NCBI GenBank assembly: GCA_963739025.1
Contig: CAVTYS010000007.1
Coordinates: forward strand, 92,467-156,466
DNA from: an uncultured Actinomycetota bacterium
GTDB lineage: Bacteria; Actinomycetota; Actinomycetes; Streptosporangiales; Streptosporangiaceae
Reading direction: 5' to 3'
Length of the DNA stretch: 64,000 bases
Part shown: positions 63,063 through 64,000 of the stretch, one piece after another
Layout of the letters: every line of letters begins with the position of its first letter
Position numbering within the stretch: position 1 is the first letter of the stretch
The notes under the pieces: generated by a model
Seen by the model: only the letters and a program-made list of their open reading frames with translations
What the model was told of the DNA's origin: nothing
Databases searched by the model: none
Made by a program: the position numbers and the translations under genes

Positions 63063-63289
63063 ATGCCTTCCTTTGCGCTTGTCATGTGCGGCTACGCGCG
63101 CCAGCAGGTCGATGAGCTGTTCGCGCGGATTGACGGACGCTCGGCCATGGTCCTGCGACAGGACAGCCGGTCACCGCATCCGACGTTCGCGCTGTACGGC
63201 TCGACACAAGCATGCGCGGCTATGCCCCGAGCGAGGTCGATGAAGCACTCAAGATAGCCGCGCACGAGCTCCAGCAGCAATCGGGGTAA
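63063..63289 (+). pseudogene. DivIVA-domain protein with two F/VxxxxRGYxxxxVD motifs in different frames
   Basis: Frame 1: MPSFALVMCGYARQQVDELFARIDG. Frame 2: ...TASDVRAVRLDTSMRGYAPSEVDEALKIAAHELQQQSG*. The shift is near 63128-63135. Confidence 0.5.
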
Positions 63290-63294
63290 CTCTC

Positions 63295-63698
63295 GCCCAT
63301 CCGCCGCGGTCAGGTTGGCCAGGGTCTTGCCGCCGACCTCGGCGAGCACGGGCTCGAGCACACTGCGGTACTTCGCGATGGTCTCGGCAGAGCGGCCATT
63401 CAGGCCGTCCGCCAGCCAGTCATCTACCGCGGCTTTCAGCGCGACCGTGCGCGACGACTGCACCGGCTGAGTTAGCTTGTCGTGCAGTACCTTGAGCTTG
63501 TCCTGGACCTCTTGCTTGGTCTTCCCGGTGACGACCTTGCGCAGACGCTTGCCGCCGGGTGTCGAGTCCAGAACGGAGCCAGTCATCGACCGCCTGCGGG
63601 ACAGAGTACGCCGCCGGTGTCTTGACCCCGACCGCGATGCTGTTGGCCGACCCGAAGTAGATGCTGTCCTCGCCGTGTCCATGGCGCCTGGCCGCCAT
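63295..63698 (-). mobile_element. Remnant of a tyrosine integrase (N-terminal arm-binding/SAM-like part only, frameshifted)
   Basis: MAARRHGHGEDSIYF... in one frame, then GGKRLRKVVTGKTKQEVQDKLKVLHDKL...AVDDWL...SAETIAKYRSVLEPVL in another. There is no catalytic domain; the sequence runs into the DivIVA gene. Confidence 0.65.
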
Positions 63699-63770
63699 GA
63701 CCTGAGAGTCTAAGGGCTCTTACTTTGGCTCTTGGCTCTGCCTGGCGGACTGGCCTTTAGGCCGTTGACC

Positions 63771-63818
63771 TGGTGGGCGGTACTGGGATTGAACCAGTGA
63801 CCTCTTCCGTGTCAGGGA
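63771..63818 (-). other. 3' portion of tRNA-Val(GAC): anticodon loop, variable loop, T-arm, acceptor 3' strand and CCA; probable att-site remnant
   Basis: Minus strand reads CC CTGACAC GGAAG AGGTC ACTGG TTCAATC CCAGT ACCGCCC A CCA. The preceding ~30 nt do not form a D-arm or a full anticodon stem in my hand fold. Confidence 0.55.
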
Positions 63819-64000
63819 CACTTGGGCCGTGGCTCACCGCCGCTTGGTGGCGCTGGAGGTGGTATTTAGCTGCGATGACGGTCGCCCAGAGCTGCCGCAT
63901 GTGGCCCTGGGCAGCCAGACGATGGCTAGCAGAATGGCTATCAGCTGCTGGCGGCGGGCTGCGCAGCGGCGGTCGCCGTCGGGGCTGCATGCGGCCGTCG

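Noticed and set aside
61205-63085. 626-aa minus-strand ORF
   Set aside because: It is antisense to the saccharopine-dehydrogenase-like gene, with low-complexity Arg/Gly/Pro content and no motifs. This is a GC-driven open frame.
63771-63846. Full-length tRNA-Val gene
   Set aside because: By hand folding, the 5' 28 nt give no D-arm, the anticodon stem has a mismatch plus a G-U pair, and the molecule would be only ~69 nt before CCA. I therefore annotated only the 3' portion. tRNAscan-SE should arbitrate.

Overview
High-GC (Actinomycetota-type codon bias) chromosomal DNA; taxon not assignable by eye. There are no rRNA genes and no CRISPR array. The only mobile-element trace is a decayed integrase next to a partial tRNA-Val.

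The left ~46 kb is a run of intact genes:
- two NarL-type two-component systems bracketing an ABC-2 exporter
- a stand-alone ATP-dependent DNA ligase
- an RsbA/STAS/SigB-type partner-switching module
- hemerythrin, SDR, GH15 and a small Rho_N protein
- a LigD phosphoesterase-polymerase fusion
- VOC proteins and AlkB
- a canonical large SARP regulator, a BBE-type FAD oxidase and a UvrD helicase
- amidohydrolases, a denD/otnK-like pair and an MMPL transporter
- an operon made of an uncharacterised protein plus a SufS-like cysteine desulfurase, lying directly downstream of an ATPase-TPR-SARP regulator with inverted domain order

The right ~18 kb mixes intact genes with many truncated or frameshifted ones. 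The intact genes are a P-type ATPase, a 7-repeat Cys-pair WNG secreted protein, APH, a serine hydrolase and a saccharopine-dehydrogenase-like reductase. This part ends at the integrase remnant and the 3' half of tRNA-Val.

Most interesting signals:
1. SARP-box-like heptamer direct repeats with 11-bp periodicity sit immediately 3' of both SARP-module regulators, 8-9 bp upstream of -10-like hexamers of the next gene.
2. Three sigma-B/F-type promoters (GTTT-N12-13-GGGTA) are clustered around the SigB-type sigma gene.
3. The cysteine-desulfurase cassette is uncharacterised.

All coordinates were counted by hand. All homology calls come from motif recognition, not from searches.
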